Both the position numbers and the translations under genes were made by a program. A stretch of DNA of 43,337 nucleotides from Sulfurospirillum sp. (GTDB lineage: Bacteria > Campylobacterota > Campylobacteria > Campylobacterales > QNZT01), in assembly GCA_024762875.1 (NCBI GenBank), contig JANTGR010000001.1, positions 1 through 43,337 on the forward strand, written 5' to 3'. This document shows positions 30,573-41,543 of this stretch, in pieces; the stretch's first letter is position 1; each line of letters begins with the position of its first letter. Under the pieces are notes generated by a model, which worked only from the letters and a program-made list of their open reading frames with translations, was not told where the DNA came from and did not search any database.

Positions 30573-31413
30573 TCCTTCTCCTGTTGAGAAGATCTACTAT
30601 AACAACAGGCACTATTTTGTCAAGAGAGATGACTTGCTGGATGAGCATTTCTCAGGCAATAAAGCTAGAAAATTCTACTACTACCTCCAGCATGATTTTC
30701 CACATATTTCAAACATAGTATCCCATGGGTCAGCCCAGTCAAATGCGATGTATTCACTCTCGGTTTTAGCAAAATTAAGAGGATGGAAATTTGACTATTA
30801 TGTTGATCATATCGCTAGTTATTTGCAAGAGAATCCCCATGGAAATTTTTTGGCAGCGTGTCAAAATGGTATGCATTTGCACACAGAAACTATGCCGGCG
30901 TATTATCATGATAATACGCTTTTTATCCCTGAAGGAGGCAGACAGAGGGAGTCTGAAGAAGGCATAAAAAGGCTGGCAGCTGAAATCAATGATCACTACC
31001 GTGGAAAATTGATTGATATATTTTTACCCTCAGGTACCGGTACGACTGCCTTGTATCTGCAAAAACATACTGACTTTAAAGTCTATACTACGCCCTGTGT
31101 GGGTGATGGGGCATATCTTTCCCAGCAGTTTTTCGAGCTTGAAAAAGATCGCGCAAAACATCCTCTGATCCTTAATACAGAAAAAAAATACCATTTTGGC
31201 AAACTTTATAGAGAATTTTTTGAAATTTGGATAAAATTAAAACAAGAGACAGGAATTGCGTTTGATTTGTTATATGATCCAAAAGGATGGTTAACACTTT
31301 TGACACATCAGTCTATATTTCAAAACGATATTCTCTATATCCATCAGGGCGGACTGCTTGGGAATGAGAGTATGTTAAAAAGGTATGGTAGAAAATTTCA
31401 TGAAAATTATTGA
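30559..31413 (+). CDS. ACC deaminase / D-cysteine desulfhydrase family PLP enzyme
   Basis: VKRDD, SGNKARK (PLP Lys), GSAQSN, IPEGG, SGTGTT, IHQGG. Confidence 0.85.
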   Translation: MIATNPSPVEKIYYNNRHYFVKRDDLLDEHFSGNKARKFYYYLQHDFPHISNIVSHGSAQSNAMYSLSVLAKLRGWKFDYYVDHIASYLQENPHGNFLAACQNGMHLHTETMPAYYHDNTLFIPEGGRQRESEEGIKRLAAEINDHYRGKLIDIFLPSGTGTTALYLQKHTDFKVYTTPCVGDGAYLSQQFFELEKDRAKHPLILNTEKKYHFGKLYREFFEIWIKLKQETGIAFDLLYDPKGWLTLLTHQSIFQNDILYIHQGGLLGNESMLKRYGRKFHENY

Positions 31414-32692
31414 AAGTAGCAGTAGTGATTTTAAAAATGCGTTTGAAACACTTTTAGCGCGCGGAAAGATGGATATGGCAAATGTCAGCGGCATTGTCGA
31501 AACAATCATTGAAGAGATCCAAAATGAAGGCAATGAAGCTTTAAAAAGGCATATAGACAAATTTGATCACTGGCAAGTTGTAGATGATGATGATTTAAAA
31601 ATCGACACCGTTTCCATGAAAAAAGCATATGAAAATATCGATGAAAAACTCAAAAATGCTTTACATGCAGCGTATGAGAGGATTAAATCCTATCATGAAA
31701 AACAGATGCCGAAATCCTGGCTTGATTTTGAAAAAAATGGTAATGTTTTAGGACAAAAAGTAACAGCGGTTGATAGAGCAGGTCTTTATATCCCTGGTGG
31801 AAAAGCTGCCTATCCCAGCTCTCTTTTAATGAATGCTATACCAGCGATTGTCGCAGGAGTAGAAGAGATTGTGGTCTGTACACCGACACCAGATAATCAG
31901 ATCAATGAACTACTGCTTGCTGCAATGCATCTGTGCGGCATCAAAGAAGCCTATAAAGTAGGTGGAGCAAGTGCCATTGCCGCTATGGCATATGGAACAG
32001 AAACTATCCAAAAAGTGGATGTGATTACGGGGCCTGGCAATATCTTTGTTGCTACAGCCAAAAAAATGGTTTTTGGCGAAGTGAACATTGATATGATTGC
32101 AGGACCTAGTGAAATTGGTATCATAGCGGATCACCGGGCAAATGCAAAATATCTGGCAATTGATCTTTTAAGCCAGGCTGAACATGATGAGATGGCAAGT
32201 TCTATCATGATAACAACATCCAAAGAGAGTGCTGTGAAAACGAAAGATGAAGTGTATCACTATCTAAAAACGCTTGATCGTGAAAAAATAGCCAGAGAAT
32301 CGATTGAGAAGCGCGGGGCTATTATCGTAGTCAAAGATTTAGAGGAAGCAGTTGACTTGATGAATGAGATTGCACCTGAACATTTGGAACTGATGGTAGA
32401 AAATCCCTTTGATCTACTGCCTAAGATCAAACATGCCGGCGCTATTTTTATGGGCTCTTTTACACCTGAACCAATTGGTGACTATATGGCAGGTCCCAAT
32501 CATACCCTGCCAACAGGCGGTACAGCAAAGTTTTACTCACCCCTGAATGTGGAAAACTTTCTGAAAAAATCTTCGATCATTGCTATGAGTGAAAAAGGCA
32601 TCGACGAAATAGGGGATGCTTGTGCGCTGCTGGCAAAAACAGAAGGGCTTGATGCACATGAAAAATCGGTACAGATAAGACTGGATCGATAA
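31400..32692 (+). CDS. hisD: Histidinol dehydrogenase
   Basis: GLYIPGG, DMIAGPSE, SQAEH, APEHL, GPNHTLPT. Confidence 0.98.
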   Translation: MKIIESSSSDFKNAFETLLARGKMDMANVSGIVETIIEEIQNEGNEALKRHIDKFDHWQVVDDDDLKIDTVSMKKAYENIDEKLKNALHAAYERIKSYHEKQMPKSWLDFEKNGNVLGQKVTAVDRAGLYIPGGKAAYPSSLLMNAIPAIVAGVEEIVVCTPTPDNQINELLLAAMHLCGIKEAYKVGGASAIAAMAYGTETIQKVDVITGPGNIFVATAKKMVFGEVNIDMIAGPSEIGIIADHRANAKYLAIDLLSQAEHDEMASSIMITTSKESAVKTKDEVYHYLKTLDREKIARESIEKRGAIIVVKDLEEAVDLMNEIAPEHLELMVENPFDLLPKIKHAGAIFMGSFTPEPIGDYMAGPNHTLPTGGTAKFYSPLNVENFLKKSSIIAMSEKGIDEIGDACALLAKTEGLDAHEKSVQIRLDR

Positions 32693-32693
32693 G

Positions 32694-33284
32694 ATGGCAA
32701 AAAATACCAGAGATATCTTACTTGATTATACATTTGATGAAATACACAAATATGGTTATTTTCAGGCAAGTACTTCTGATATTTTGAAAAAATGCCATAT
32801 TCCCAAAGGCTCGATGTATCACTATTTCAGCTCCAAGCATGATTTGACACTCTGTGTGATCAATGAACGTGTAAAACCCAAAACAGTAAAAAATTATAAA
32901 ATTGTAGTGAAAGATAGTTATTTTGAATCATTAATTGCTTTTTTGGAAAAGATTGATTTTTCAAAAAAAGCATTTTATTATGGATGTGTCATGCATAAAT
33001 TAATCGTAGAAACGGCACAACATGATAAGGAATTTAAAAGTGCACTGTATGCGATATATGAGATGGTAAATGAGCATTTCAAAACTATTCTGGACGCAGC
33101 TGTCCAAGAGGGTGAAATCAAAAAGTGTGATACCAAAGAGAAAGCAAATTTTATCCTGACAGCACTTTTGGGTGCAATCTCCTTAAAAAATGATGCTGCT
33201 TTGGCTGCGCTTGTCAAAGAGTTGAGGGTGCTCAAACCGCTGAAAAAGCAGACCAGACATACTAAACAGCAGACACTGTTTTAA
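32694..33284 (+). CDS. TetR/AcrR family transcriptional regulator
   Basis: N-terminal HTH ..GY..STSDI...KGSMYHYFSSKHDL; GC motif in ligand domain. Confidence 0.9.
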   Translation: MAKNTRDILLDYTFDEIHKYGYFQASTSDILKKCHIPKGSMYHYFSSKHDLTLCVINERVKPKTVKNYKIVVKDSYFESLIAFLEKIDFSKKAFYYGCVMHKLIVETAQHDKEFKSALYAIYEMVNEHFKTILDAAVQEGEIKKCDTKEKANFILTALLGAISLKNDAALAALVKELRVLKPLKKQTRHTKQQTLF

Positions 33285-33300
33285 AGGTGCTTACTTTATC

Positions 33301-34524
33301 ATGATAAAAAAATTACTATGGGTGGGTTTTGCAACTTTTTTATTCATCGCCTGTGGCGGGGATAACAGGCACGCAGCTCCTTCATCCCTGCATTTTGATG
33401 TTGAGAGTACAAAGGTCTGTACACAGGCTGGAAAAAACAGATTTGTCTATGATGTATTTAAAGACAGTTACTATTGGGCTGATGAAGTAACTGATGATAT
33501 AAACTTATCTGCTTATGATGATGAAAACTCTTTGATTGATGCTATCAAAAACAGTAAAGACAGATTTTCTTTTGTTTTGGATTTGAAAGATTATGAGTCG
33601 GTATTTGAGAGTGGTGAAAATAAAGGGTTTGGCTTTTTGGCCAGGATGGTACCAGAAGGTGATAAATATATATTTAATGTTATGTTCGTTTACCCTGGTT
33701 CACCTGCTTTTAACGCCGGTGTCATTCGTTCTGATAAAGTACTGTCAGATGAATTAGTAGCTGATAACAACGGCACGGCTACACGCACCTTTCACCTGGA
33801 AAACAGTGCCGGTGTTAAAAGAGATGTTAATATCACAGAAGCTGCTTATGCTATCAATAATATTGCCAATGTCAGCATACTGGATGTTGATCAAAAAAAA
33901 GTGGGCTATTTTGTATTTCAGTCATTTGTTGGAGGTTATACCCTGACACAGCTTGATAATCTGTTTAGAAAATTTAAAACTGCCCAAATCAGTGATTTGA
34001 TCTTGGATCTTCGTTATAATGGCGGAGGTGAGTTAAACGTTGCTGCTCATTTGGGTACTTTGATAGGTGGGGAAAATGTGCAAAAGCATATTTTTCAAAA
34101 CCACCGTTTCAACCCAAAATATGCCCAATATGATTTTAGTACGTATTTTGAGAGTGATATCTCCCAAAGTTTAAATTTGAAACGTGTTTTTATCATCACT
34201 ACACAAGAGAGTGCCAGTGCCAGTGAATCACTTATCAATGCCTTGCGTGCCAGTGATAACCACATGGAAGTGATTACCATTGGAGAGCATACTTTTGGCA
34301 AGCCTTATGGTATGTACACATTGTCATACTGTGATAAAGTTCTCTTCCCGATTCATATCAGTAATGAAAACAGTGATGGCGTAGGGCATTATGTAGATGG
34401 TTTGGCTCCAACTTGTCAAGCCAGGGACAATATCACAGTCAATTTTGCAGATCTGCGGGAAGACAGCCTGGCAGAAGCACTCTATTATATAGAACATCAT
34501 AGATGTTCAAAAGGTTCTGAATGA
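33301..34524 (+). CDS. S41 family peptidase lipoprotein
   Basis: Lipobox FIAC, PDZ-like YPGSPA, LILDLRYNGGG, catalytic SASASE and TFGK. Confidence 0.88.
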   Translation: MIKKLLWVGFATFLFIACGGDNRHAAPSSLHFDVESTKVCTQAGKNRFVYDVFKDSYYWADEVTDDINLSAYDDENSLIDAIKNSKDRFSFVLDLKDYESVFESGENKGFGFLARMVPEGDKYIFNVMFVYPGSPAFNAGVIRSDKVLSDELVADNNGTATRTFHLENSAGVKRDVNITEAAYAINNIANVSILDVDQKKVGYFVFQSFVGGYTLTQLDNLFRKFKTAQISDLILDLRYNGGGELNVAAHLGTLIGGENVQKHIFQNHRFNPKYAQYDFSTYFESDISQSLNLKRVFIITTQESASASESLINALRASDNHMEVITIGEHTFGKPYGMYTLSYCDKVLFPIHISNENSDGVGHYVDGLAPTCQARDNITVNFADLREDSLAEALYYIEHHRCSKGSE

Positions 34525-35927
34525 AACATATACTGATTGTCGCGCATGGAAAAACTGCCAAAGTATTTTTAAGCCGTGTCCTGCACTCTGATTTAAATAA
34601 GAAGAAATATTCTGTAGTCTATTATGATGAACAGACACTACCGGATGAAAAATCCGAGCAGTTTCTTTTTTATAAGTTTGATCCTACTTCCAGGGTCAAG
34701 CTCAACTCATTATTGCAAACACATGACTATTATCAGGCTATGATAGTACTCTCAAGTAAAAGTGATACACTGGCTACCTATGACAATATCAGATCAGTTG
34801 ATCCAGATATGCAGATCGTACTGTTGGATATGTGGGATTTAAGTTTTAATGATCCCAATCTGACGATTGTAAATTCAAAAGATGTTGTTTCCAATATCTT
34901 GAGTAATTATTTACCTGATATCCCTTTGGCTGCACAAAATCTAGGTTTAGGCACAGGCGAAATCATGGAGTTCAAAATCCCTTTTGGCAGTCCTTTTACT
35001 TATAGACATATCGCTAACATTGAGCAAAAGAGATGGAAAATTGTCGCAATTTTCAGAGAACACAAGTTAATTGTACCAACTCCAAAGTCTATACTTAAAC
35101 CAAATGATTCTATTTTGACTGTAGGCAACCCAAATGTTTTAAAAAGTGTTTATAAGAGTATCAACAGGGAGTTTGGACAATTTCCAATCCCTTTTGGCGA
35201 AAATATTTACTGCTATATTGATATGCAGAGTATGGATAGTGATGCCATAGAAAAATTGTGCAATGATGCCATGTTGCTACACTCTACGCTCAACAGTAAA
35301 CATTTGATTTTTAGAATCGTAAACCCCATTTATTCGAAAATACTCAATAAACTGAAAAGTTATGATACCCCGAGTATGTTTGTTGAGATGGATTTTTATG
35401 AACACAAGATTGAAACACTGATACATAGTGATATGGAGCATTTTCAAGTAGGTGTTGTTGTGACCAATCAAGCATTTTTCAGTCAACATTTAACGCTTTT
35501 ACATGATATCAAAGTACCTGTTTTAAAAATAGGAAGCGGTAGCTTTTTTAATATCAAAGAGTCAGTTGTTATCAGTAGTGAAAGTGAAAAAATTGAAACT
35601 ATTTCCTCGATTATCTTTGATGTCTCTTCCCAGTTTAAACTGGATATCTCTATTTTGGAATTTGAGGGTGATGATCATGATGAGAGCCTCAAAGTGATAG
35701 AACATTTTGAAAATCTCTCCAAATTGTTTCAGGAAAAAGTAAAAGTAGTGAAAACAAGAAGAAACCCGATAAGAGAGTTGGGCAGCAGGCAAAATTTCTT
35801 ACAATTCCTGCCTTTTGATGCCAATATACAGGAAAAAAGTATCTTCTCTTTCTTTACGAAAAACATCAATAGACTTTATTTTCAATTCTCGGATAATTAC
35901 CAGATTTTTCTGCCCTCAGAAGATTAG
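34521..35927 (+). CDS. COG3400 family protein (TrkA-C/RCK domain)
   Basis: FDPTS, NLGLGTGEIME..IPFGSPFTYRHI, GQFP.PFG; sits before aroB as in Campylobacter. Confidence 0.82.
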   Translation: MKHILIVAHGKTAKVFLSRVLHSDLNKKKYSVVYYDEQTLPDEKSEQFLFYKFDPTSRVKLNSLLQTHDYYQAMIVLSSKSDTLATYDNIRSVDPDMQIVLLDMWDLSFNDPNLTIVNSKDVVSNILSNYLPDIPLAAQNLGLGTGEIMEFKIPFGSPFTYRHIANIEQKRWKIVAIFREHKLIVPTPKSILKPNDSILTVGNPNVLKSVYKSINREFGQFPIPFGENIYCYIDMQSMDSDAIEKLCNDAMLLHSTLNSKHLIFRIVNPIYSKILNKLKSYDTPSMFVEMDFYEHKIETLIHSDMEHFQVGVVVTNQAFFSQHLTLLHDIKVPVLKIGSGSFFNIKESVVISSESEKIETISSIIFDVSSQFKLDISILEFEGDDHDESLKVIEHFENLSKLFQEKVKVVKTRRNPIRELGSRQNFLQFLPFDANIQEKSIFSFFTKNINRLYFQFSDNYQIFLPSED

Positions 35928-35992
35928 ATACCGGCACGCTTCTAAAGCATTTTATGGATATAATATTGCTTATTTCGCGTTAAGGATGGAAG

Positions 35993-37054
35993 ATGAAAGT
36001 TGCAATCAATTTTAACCAAAAAACAAGCCATGATTATACCGTTTATATCAATGAACTCTCATCGCTTAAATTTGATACAAAAGTGGCAATTATCACCAAT
36101 CCTAAAGTAGCCGGTCTGCATCTAAAAAGATTGCTTTCACTTTTGGAAGCCAAAGAAGTGTATATCATCACAGTAGCTGATGGAGAGTCTTTTAAAAATC
36201 AAAAAAGTGTTGATTTTATTCTTGAAAATTTATTTAATCACAGATTGGACAGAAAGTCTCTTTTGATTGCTTTTGGCGGAGGTGTCATCGGTGATATGAC
36301 CGGTTTTGTTGCATCCATATTTCAACGGGGGATTGATTTTGTCCAAATTCCTACCACACTGCTATCCCAGGTTGATGCGAGTGTCGGAGGAAAAACAGGC
36401 ATCAACAATGCCTATGGTAAAAACCTGATTGGCGCCTTCCATCAGCCAAAAGCAGTTTATATTGAAAGTAGTTTTTTAGAGACATTGCCACAGCGCGAAT
36501 TTGGCGCGGGTATAGCCGAGATTGTGAAGATGGCAGTCACTTTTGACAAAACATTTTTTTCCTGGTTGGAAAAGAGTGATTTACATGTCAAGGCTCATCT
36601 GGCAGAAGCCATCAAAAAAAGTCTTGAAACCAAAGCCTGGGTTGTTTCACAGGATGAAAAAGAGCAGGGACTGCGTGCGGTGTTAAACTATGGTCATACT
36701 TTTGCACACGTGATAGAAAATGAAACAGGCTACAGCCGATATCTCCATGGTGAAGCTGTTTCCATAGGCATGCATATGGCCAACATGCTTGCTTTAAGTT
36801 TAGGTTATTTTACCAAAGAAGAAGTCAAAAGAGTAGAAGCACTCCTGCATCAGTATCACTTGCCTACACGCTACCATATCCGTGATGTTGAAAAGTTTTA
36901 TGAAGGATTTTTCCTGGATAAAAAAACCTATAATGCCACGATAAAATTTATCTTGCCACAAGGATTGGGAAACTTTATCATGATAGAGGATGTCGCAAAA
37001 AAAACGGTTTTAGATGTATTAAGCCGTTGTGGTGAAGATGGAGAAGTTGCGTGA
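35993..37054 (+). CDS. aroB: 3-dehydroquinate synthase
   Basis: [34 protein letters not shown]. Confidence 0.98.
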   Translation: MKVAINFNQKTSHDYTVYINELSSLKFDTKVAIITNPKVAGLHLKRLLSLLEAKEVYIITVADGESFKNQKSVDFILENLFNHRLDRKSLLIAFGGGVIGDMTGFVASIFQRGIDFVQIPTTLLSQVDASVGGKTGINNAYGKNLIGAFHQPKAVYIESSFLETLPQREFGAGIAEIVKMAVTFDKTFFSWLEKSDLHVKAHLAEAIKKSLETKAWVVSQDEKEQGLRAVLNYGHTFAHVIENETGYSRYLHGEAVSIGMHMANMLALSLGYFTKEEVKRVEALLHQYHLPTRYHIRDVEKFYEGFFLDKKTYNATIKFILPQGLGNFIMIEDVAKKTVLDVLSRCGEDGEVA

Positions 37055-38682
37055 AAAGTTTTTTCTATCTCGGATACTTATTGTTTGCTCTCTCACTTTT
37101 TGGTGCTGATGAAAACCAAAGTACGCAGCCTTCAGAAGAGACGATAGCAAAAAACATCAAATTGATTCAGCAAAAACGCGACGAGGTAAAACAGTTGACA
37201 GACAGTTTAGAGAGTATTGATAACCAACTCAAAAAAAATGTTATGTACGCAAAATACAATAATCATCAAACATATCTGGCGATTGAAAAGCATCTTAATA
37301 AGCTCAAAGCAGAAATAAAAAAAGAAAAAAGTCTGCGTCACAAAAAAAATGTTGCAGAGCTTACTATACAGTATAAATCTTTGGAAAACCAGCTTGATTT
37401 ACTGGGGGATTTTAAAGATGCCCCTTTTTTAGAATTGACCAAACCGGATGATATACCCAAATCACCGGAGATCACATCTCCATTTGATATATTTAGTGGA
37501 TTTACCTATGTAAAACTGCTGAAAAATGCCAAAGAGGAGTATGCCAAAAAATTAAAATCATTATCTAGTCTGATTCATGCTTTGGAAGATAAGGAACGCA
37601 CGCTGCATGCTTTACAGAAAATATTTAAACCTGAGTATGAAAAAGAGAAGATGCAATTGCTGCAAAGCCAGCTCGCAGATGTGATTACGACGTATGATCT
37701 AGCCTCTACTACCAATAAAATCTATCAACAGAAACTGGATGATTCTATCATTCAAACAACAAACAGTATCAAGGAACAGATGAAAAAGCTCTTTAATATT
37801 GCGATTATCATTCTTGTTATTCTGCTCTTTTCATTTATATTGAAATACTTTGCAAAAAGAACCATCAGTGACAATGAGCGTTATTATATGGCGCATAAGA
37901 TTATCAATTTTTCCAATCTCATTTTAATCGCGCTGGTATTGCTTTTTTCCTTTTTAGAAAATGCCACGTATCTCATCACCGTACTGGGTTTTGCCTCTGC
38001 CGGTATCGCCATTGCGATGAAAGATCTTTTTATGAGTTCACTGGGATGGCTGGTAATTGTATTTGGCGGAAGTTTTCATGTCGGGGATCGGGTCAAAGTG
38101 TATAAAGGGGCACACTCTTATGTCGGTGATATTGTGGATATCTCTTTTCTTCGTATGACCATTTTGGAAGATATTACCTTGACAACTTATACTGAAAACA
38201 GAAGAGCCGGGCGCATTATCTTTATTCCAAATAACTATATTTTTACTGAATTACTTGCCAATTATACACATGGGAAAATCAAGACAGTCTGGGATGGTAT
38301 TGATATCATGATAACCTTTGATTCCAACCATAAAAAAGCAACACACATTGTCAGAGAAATCGTGAAAAAATATTCAAAAGGTTATACAGATATATCCCGA
38401 AAACAACTCAATTCTCTCAGAAATCAATACAGTTTGAAAAATATCAATGTTGAGCCACGTATCTATACATTTATCGAAAAATCAGGTATCCGGGTCAGTT
38501 GCTGGTATATGACAAATTCCTATGCAACATTGACTCTTCGTTCCAATATCTCTGCCAATATACTGGATGAGATCAATACAGAACCTGATATCAAGATAGC
38601 CTACGATACACAGATACTCAATCTCAAAAGAGATGCAACCATCGTATTGCCAAAGGAAGAAGATGAAGAAAGTATTTCTTAA
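37051..38682 (+). CDS. MscS family mechanosensitive channel with N-terminal coiled-coil extension
   Basis: Signal-like N-terminus, coiled coil, TM helices, [24 protein letters not shown]. Confidence 0.9.
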   Translation: MKSFFYLGYLLFALSLFGADENQSTQPSEETIAKNIKLIQQKRDEVKQLTDSLESIDNQLKKNVMYAKYNNHQTYLAIEKHLNKLKAEIKKEKSLRHKKNVAELTIQYKSLENQLDLLGDFKDAPFLELTKPDDIPKSPEITSPFDIFSGFTYVKLLKNAKEEYAKKLKSLSSLIHALEDKERTLHALQKIFKPEYEKEKMQLLQSQLADVITTYDLASTTNKIYQQKLDDSIIQTTNSIKEQMKKLFNIAIIILVILLFSFILKYFAKRTISDNERYYMAHKIINFSNLILIALVLLFSFLENATYLITVLGFASAGIAIAMKDLFMSSLGWLVIVFGGSFHVGDRVKVYKGAHSYVGDIVDISFLRMTILEDITLTTYTENRRAGRIIFIPNNYIFTELLANYTHGKIKTVWDGIDIMITFDSNHKKATHIVREIVKKYSKGYTDISRKQLNSLRNQYSLKNINVEPRIYTFIEKSGIRVSCWYMTNSYATLTLRSNISANILDEINTEPDIKIAYDTQILNLKRDATIVLPKEEDEESIS

Positions 38683-39904
38683 AACTTTTGGCTGCAGGAC
38701 CAATATTTATGATTCTGCTGTAATGATACAGAATTTGAAAGATTTTGAGATCGTGGACTCTGAAGCGGAAGCGGATATCGTAGTGGTCAATTCCTGTACC
38801 GTAACAAACAGTGCAGACAGTAGTGCACGAAGTTATATCAATGGATTGAATCGGCAGAATAAAAAAGTAATTTTAGCCGGTTGTGGCGCTATCAGTAAAG
38901 GAGAATCTCTCTATCATGATAATAAAATATTTGGATATTTTGGACACTCTGAAAAGAAAAATATCAATGCACTGCTTTTAAAAGAGAAACGTTTTGCCGC
39001 AATAGGCGATCTGCAAAGTGTAGATGAGAATATTGTTGAAGATTTTTCCAGTAAAACCAAAGCCTTTATCAAGATACAGGAAGGCTGTGATTTTCGCTGT
39101 TCTTACTGCATCATCCCTTTTGTACGGGGAGATGCAAGAAGCCAGGATGAAGCAAAAATTCTCTCTCAAATCACTAATCTTGCGGCCAATGGTTTTGGGG
39201 AATTTGTCCTAACGGGGACCAATCTGGGGAGTTATGGTAAAGATAAAAACAGCTCTATTGCGACTTTATTAAAAAAAATATCGTTGATTCCCGGTGTCAA
39301 GCGTATTCGACTGGGTTCACTGGAACCGGTTCAAATTGATGATGCTTTTAAAGAATTGTTAACAGAACCATGGCTGGAAAAGCATCTGCATATTGCTCTG
39401 CAGCATACCAGTGAAGCGATGCTGCGTATCATGCGACGACGGAGCTTTTTGAAAGATGATAGAGTACTTTTTGAGATGATTGCCCAGAAGGGCTTTTCAT
39501 TGGGGACTGATTTTATCGTCGGGCATCCGGGTGAAAGTGCAGCATTGTGGGAGGAGGCACTGGAAAATTTCAAGACCTTTCCTATCACCCATTTACATGG
39601 ATTTACCTATAGTAAACGTGATGGTACACATGCTGCCACACTGAAAGACAATATCAATAAAAGTGTGGCAAAAGAGCGTTTGAAAATTTTAGAAAGTATT
39701 GTGCAGGAAAATAATTTTCTTTTTAGATCAAAACAGCAGTCGCCTTTATTGGTGTTGGTAGAAGAGAATAAAAATGGCTATCAGAGCGGATATGACCAAT
39801 TTTACAATAAAGTCCATATTAAAAGTGATTTACAGCTAGAAAAAGAGTGGGTCAATATCGAGGATTACAGTGTGCAGGAGGATGCAAACTATGCTTCGCT
39901 TTAA
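38663..39904 (+). CDS. mtaB: tRNA t6A37 methylthiotransferase
   Basis: TFGC, NSCTVT, radical SAM CDFRCSYC; ATG at 38663 after AAGGA. Confidence 0.92.
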   Translation: MKKVFLKTFGCRTNIYDSAVMIQNLKDFEIVDSEAEADIVVVNSCTVTNSADSSARSYINGLNRQNKKVILAGCGAISKGESLYHDNKIFGYFGHSEKKNINALLLKEKRFAAIGDLQSVDENIVEDFSSKTKAFIKIQEGCDFRCSYCIIPFVRGDARSQDEAKILSQITNLAANGFGEFVLTGTNLGSYGKDKNSSIATLLKKISLIPGVKRIRLGSLEPVQIDDAFKELLTEPWLEKHLHIALQHTSEAMLRIMRRRSFLKDDRVLFEMIAQKGFSLGTDFIVGHPGESAALWEEALENFKTFPITHLHGFTYSKRDGTHAATLKDNINKSVAKERLKILESIVQENNFLFRSKQQSPLLVLVEENKNGYQSGYDQFYNKVHIKSDLQLEKEWVNIEDYSVQEDANYASL

Positions 39905-41543
39905 TGCAAAAAAGCATATTCCTCTGCTGACATTTATACTGCTGATCGCACTTTCTGCTATTGTTTATCTGAGAGAGAATATATTGGCTATTGATCTGCC
40001 TACTTATCAGCATTTTTTAGAGGAAAATCTTTTTAAATCTGCTAAAATTGTTGATCGAAATGTCATATTAAAAACCGATGAGGGAACATATTCGATCATT
40101 ATAGACGGTGTTGATTTGGAAAAACTGTTGGACAAAGTGCCAGTCAGTATCGAAGAGAAAAACAGTTACAGTGAAGAGATATTTTTCTTTTTACTTTTTT
40201 TTGCACTGGCACTGCTTTTGCTTTTTTTTGGTAAAAAAGAGAAAGAAGAGTCTGCAGAACCCCCTAAACAAAATGCCCTGGCTCCGCATGAAAATGCATT
40301 TTATAAAAAAATGCAAGCCAAGACTTCAGCTGTAACCTTTAAAGATGTTGCCGGCATTGAAGATGTGAAGGAAGAGTTGGCTGAAGTAGTAGATTTTTTA
40401 AAAAACCCTCAAAAATATCAGGAGTTTGGCATTACTCTGCCTCGGGGTGTGTTGCTGGTGGGCCCGCCCGGGGTGGGAAAAACATTGATAGCAAAAGCAG
40501 TAGCCGGTGAAGCCAAAGTACCATTTTTCTATCAAAGCGGTGCTTCTTTTGTCCAAATCTATGTTGGAATGGGTGCCAAAAGGGTGCGTGATCTTTTTGC
40601 CACTGCCAAAAATATGGCACCTTCGATTGTCTTTATCGATGAAATTGATGCCGTTGGGCGTGTTCGGGGTGGTATGAGTCATAATGATGAGCGTGATGCC
40701 ACCCTCAATCAACTTTTAACAGAGATGGATGGATTTGAAGACAATAGCAATGTAGTTGTGATTGCTGCAACCAATCAAATCGATGTGCTGGATGAAGCTT
40801 TGTTGCGTTCTGGGCGTTTTGACAGGCGTGTCTTTATTTCACTGCCTAATATCGAAGAGCGAAAAGAGATACTCAAAGTACATCTTAAAGGCAAATCTCA
40901 CAATATCAAATATCTGGATATTGCAAAGATGTCAGTTGGCTTTTCAGGGGCGGCTTTGGCCACTTTTGTCAATGAAGCAGCTATTCATGCTTTGAGGCGA
41001 AAAGCAGATAAAATTTCCAAAAAAGATTTTCTGGATGTCAAAGATAAAGTACTGCTTGGAAAAAGGAAAGTACTTTCTTATTCTAACGAAGAGAAGAAAA
41101 TTCAGGCAACTTACCAGGCAGCCAAAGCACTCTGTGCCTATTGGTATGAGATTGATTTTGACCGAGTCAGTATCATTGGCAGTGCATTTAAAGATGTAGA
41201 AAGAGAAATTGAATCACGTTCACAAATGTTATCCAAAATCAAACTCTATCTTTCTGGCATGATTGCAACCAATATCTTTTATGAAGAGACATTTACCAAT
41301 GCCAGTGAAGATGTGACAAAAGCAAAAATAGTTGCGTCTGAGATGGTTGAGCGTTATGCTATGGGTGAAGGTATATTGGCTTCGGGTATGGAAAGTGCCA
41401 ATATCCTGGATGAAGCAATCGAAGATGTAGAAGCTTTTTTATTTAAAATGAAAGATGCGGTGAAAGCGGTTGAGACAGTATTGCTAGAGAAAGAAAGTAT
41501 GACTAAAGAAGAATTAAAAAGTGTGGTAGATGCTTTTCTTTAG
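39891..41543 (+). CDS. FtsH-like membrane AAA+ ATPase lacking the HEXXH protease motif
   Basis: Two TM helices, [23 protein letters not shown]; YQAAK at the HEXXH position; ATG at 39891 with GGAGG RBS. Confidence 0.88.
   Translation: MLRFNAKKHIPLLTFILLIALSAIVYLRENILAIDLPTYQHFLEENLFKSAKIVDRNVILKTDEGTYSIIIDGVDLEKLLDKVPVSIEEKNSYSEEIFFFLLFFALALLLLFFGKKEKEESAEPPKQNALAPHENAFYKKMQAKTSAVTFKDVAGIEDVKEELAEVVDFLKNPQKYQEFGITLPRGVLLVGPPGVGKTLIAKAVAGEAKVPFFYQSGASFVQIYVGMGAKRVRDLFATAKNMAPSIVFIDEIDAVGRVRGGMSHNDERDATLNQLLTEMDGFEDNSNVVVIAATNQIDVLDEALLRSGRFDRRVFISLPNIEERKEILKVHLKGKSHNIKYLDIAKMSVGFSGAALATFVNEAAIHALRRKADKISKKDFLDVKDKVLLGKRKVLSYSNEEKKIQATYQAAKALCAYWYEIDFDRVSIIGSAFKDVEREIESRSQMLSKIKLYLSGMIATNIFYEETFTNASEDVTKAKIVASEMVERYAMGEGILASGMESANILDEAIEDVEAFLFKMKDAVKAVETVLLEKESMTKEELKSVVDAFL

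Noticed and set aside
35931-35948. GGCACG upstream of aroB as a sigma54 promoter
   Set aside because: The GC dinucleotide is not at the required 10-nt spacing, and a sigma70 TATAAT is present downstream.
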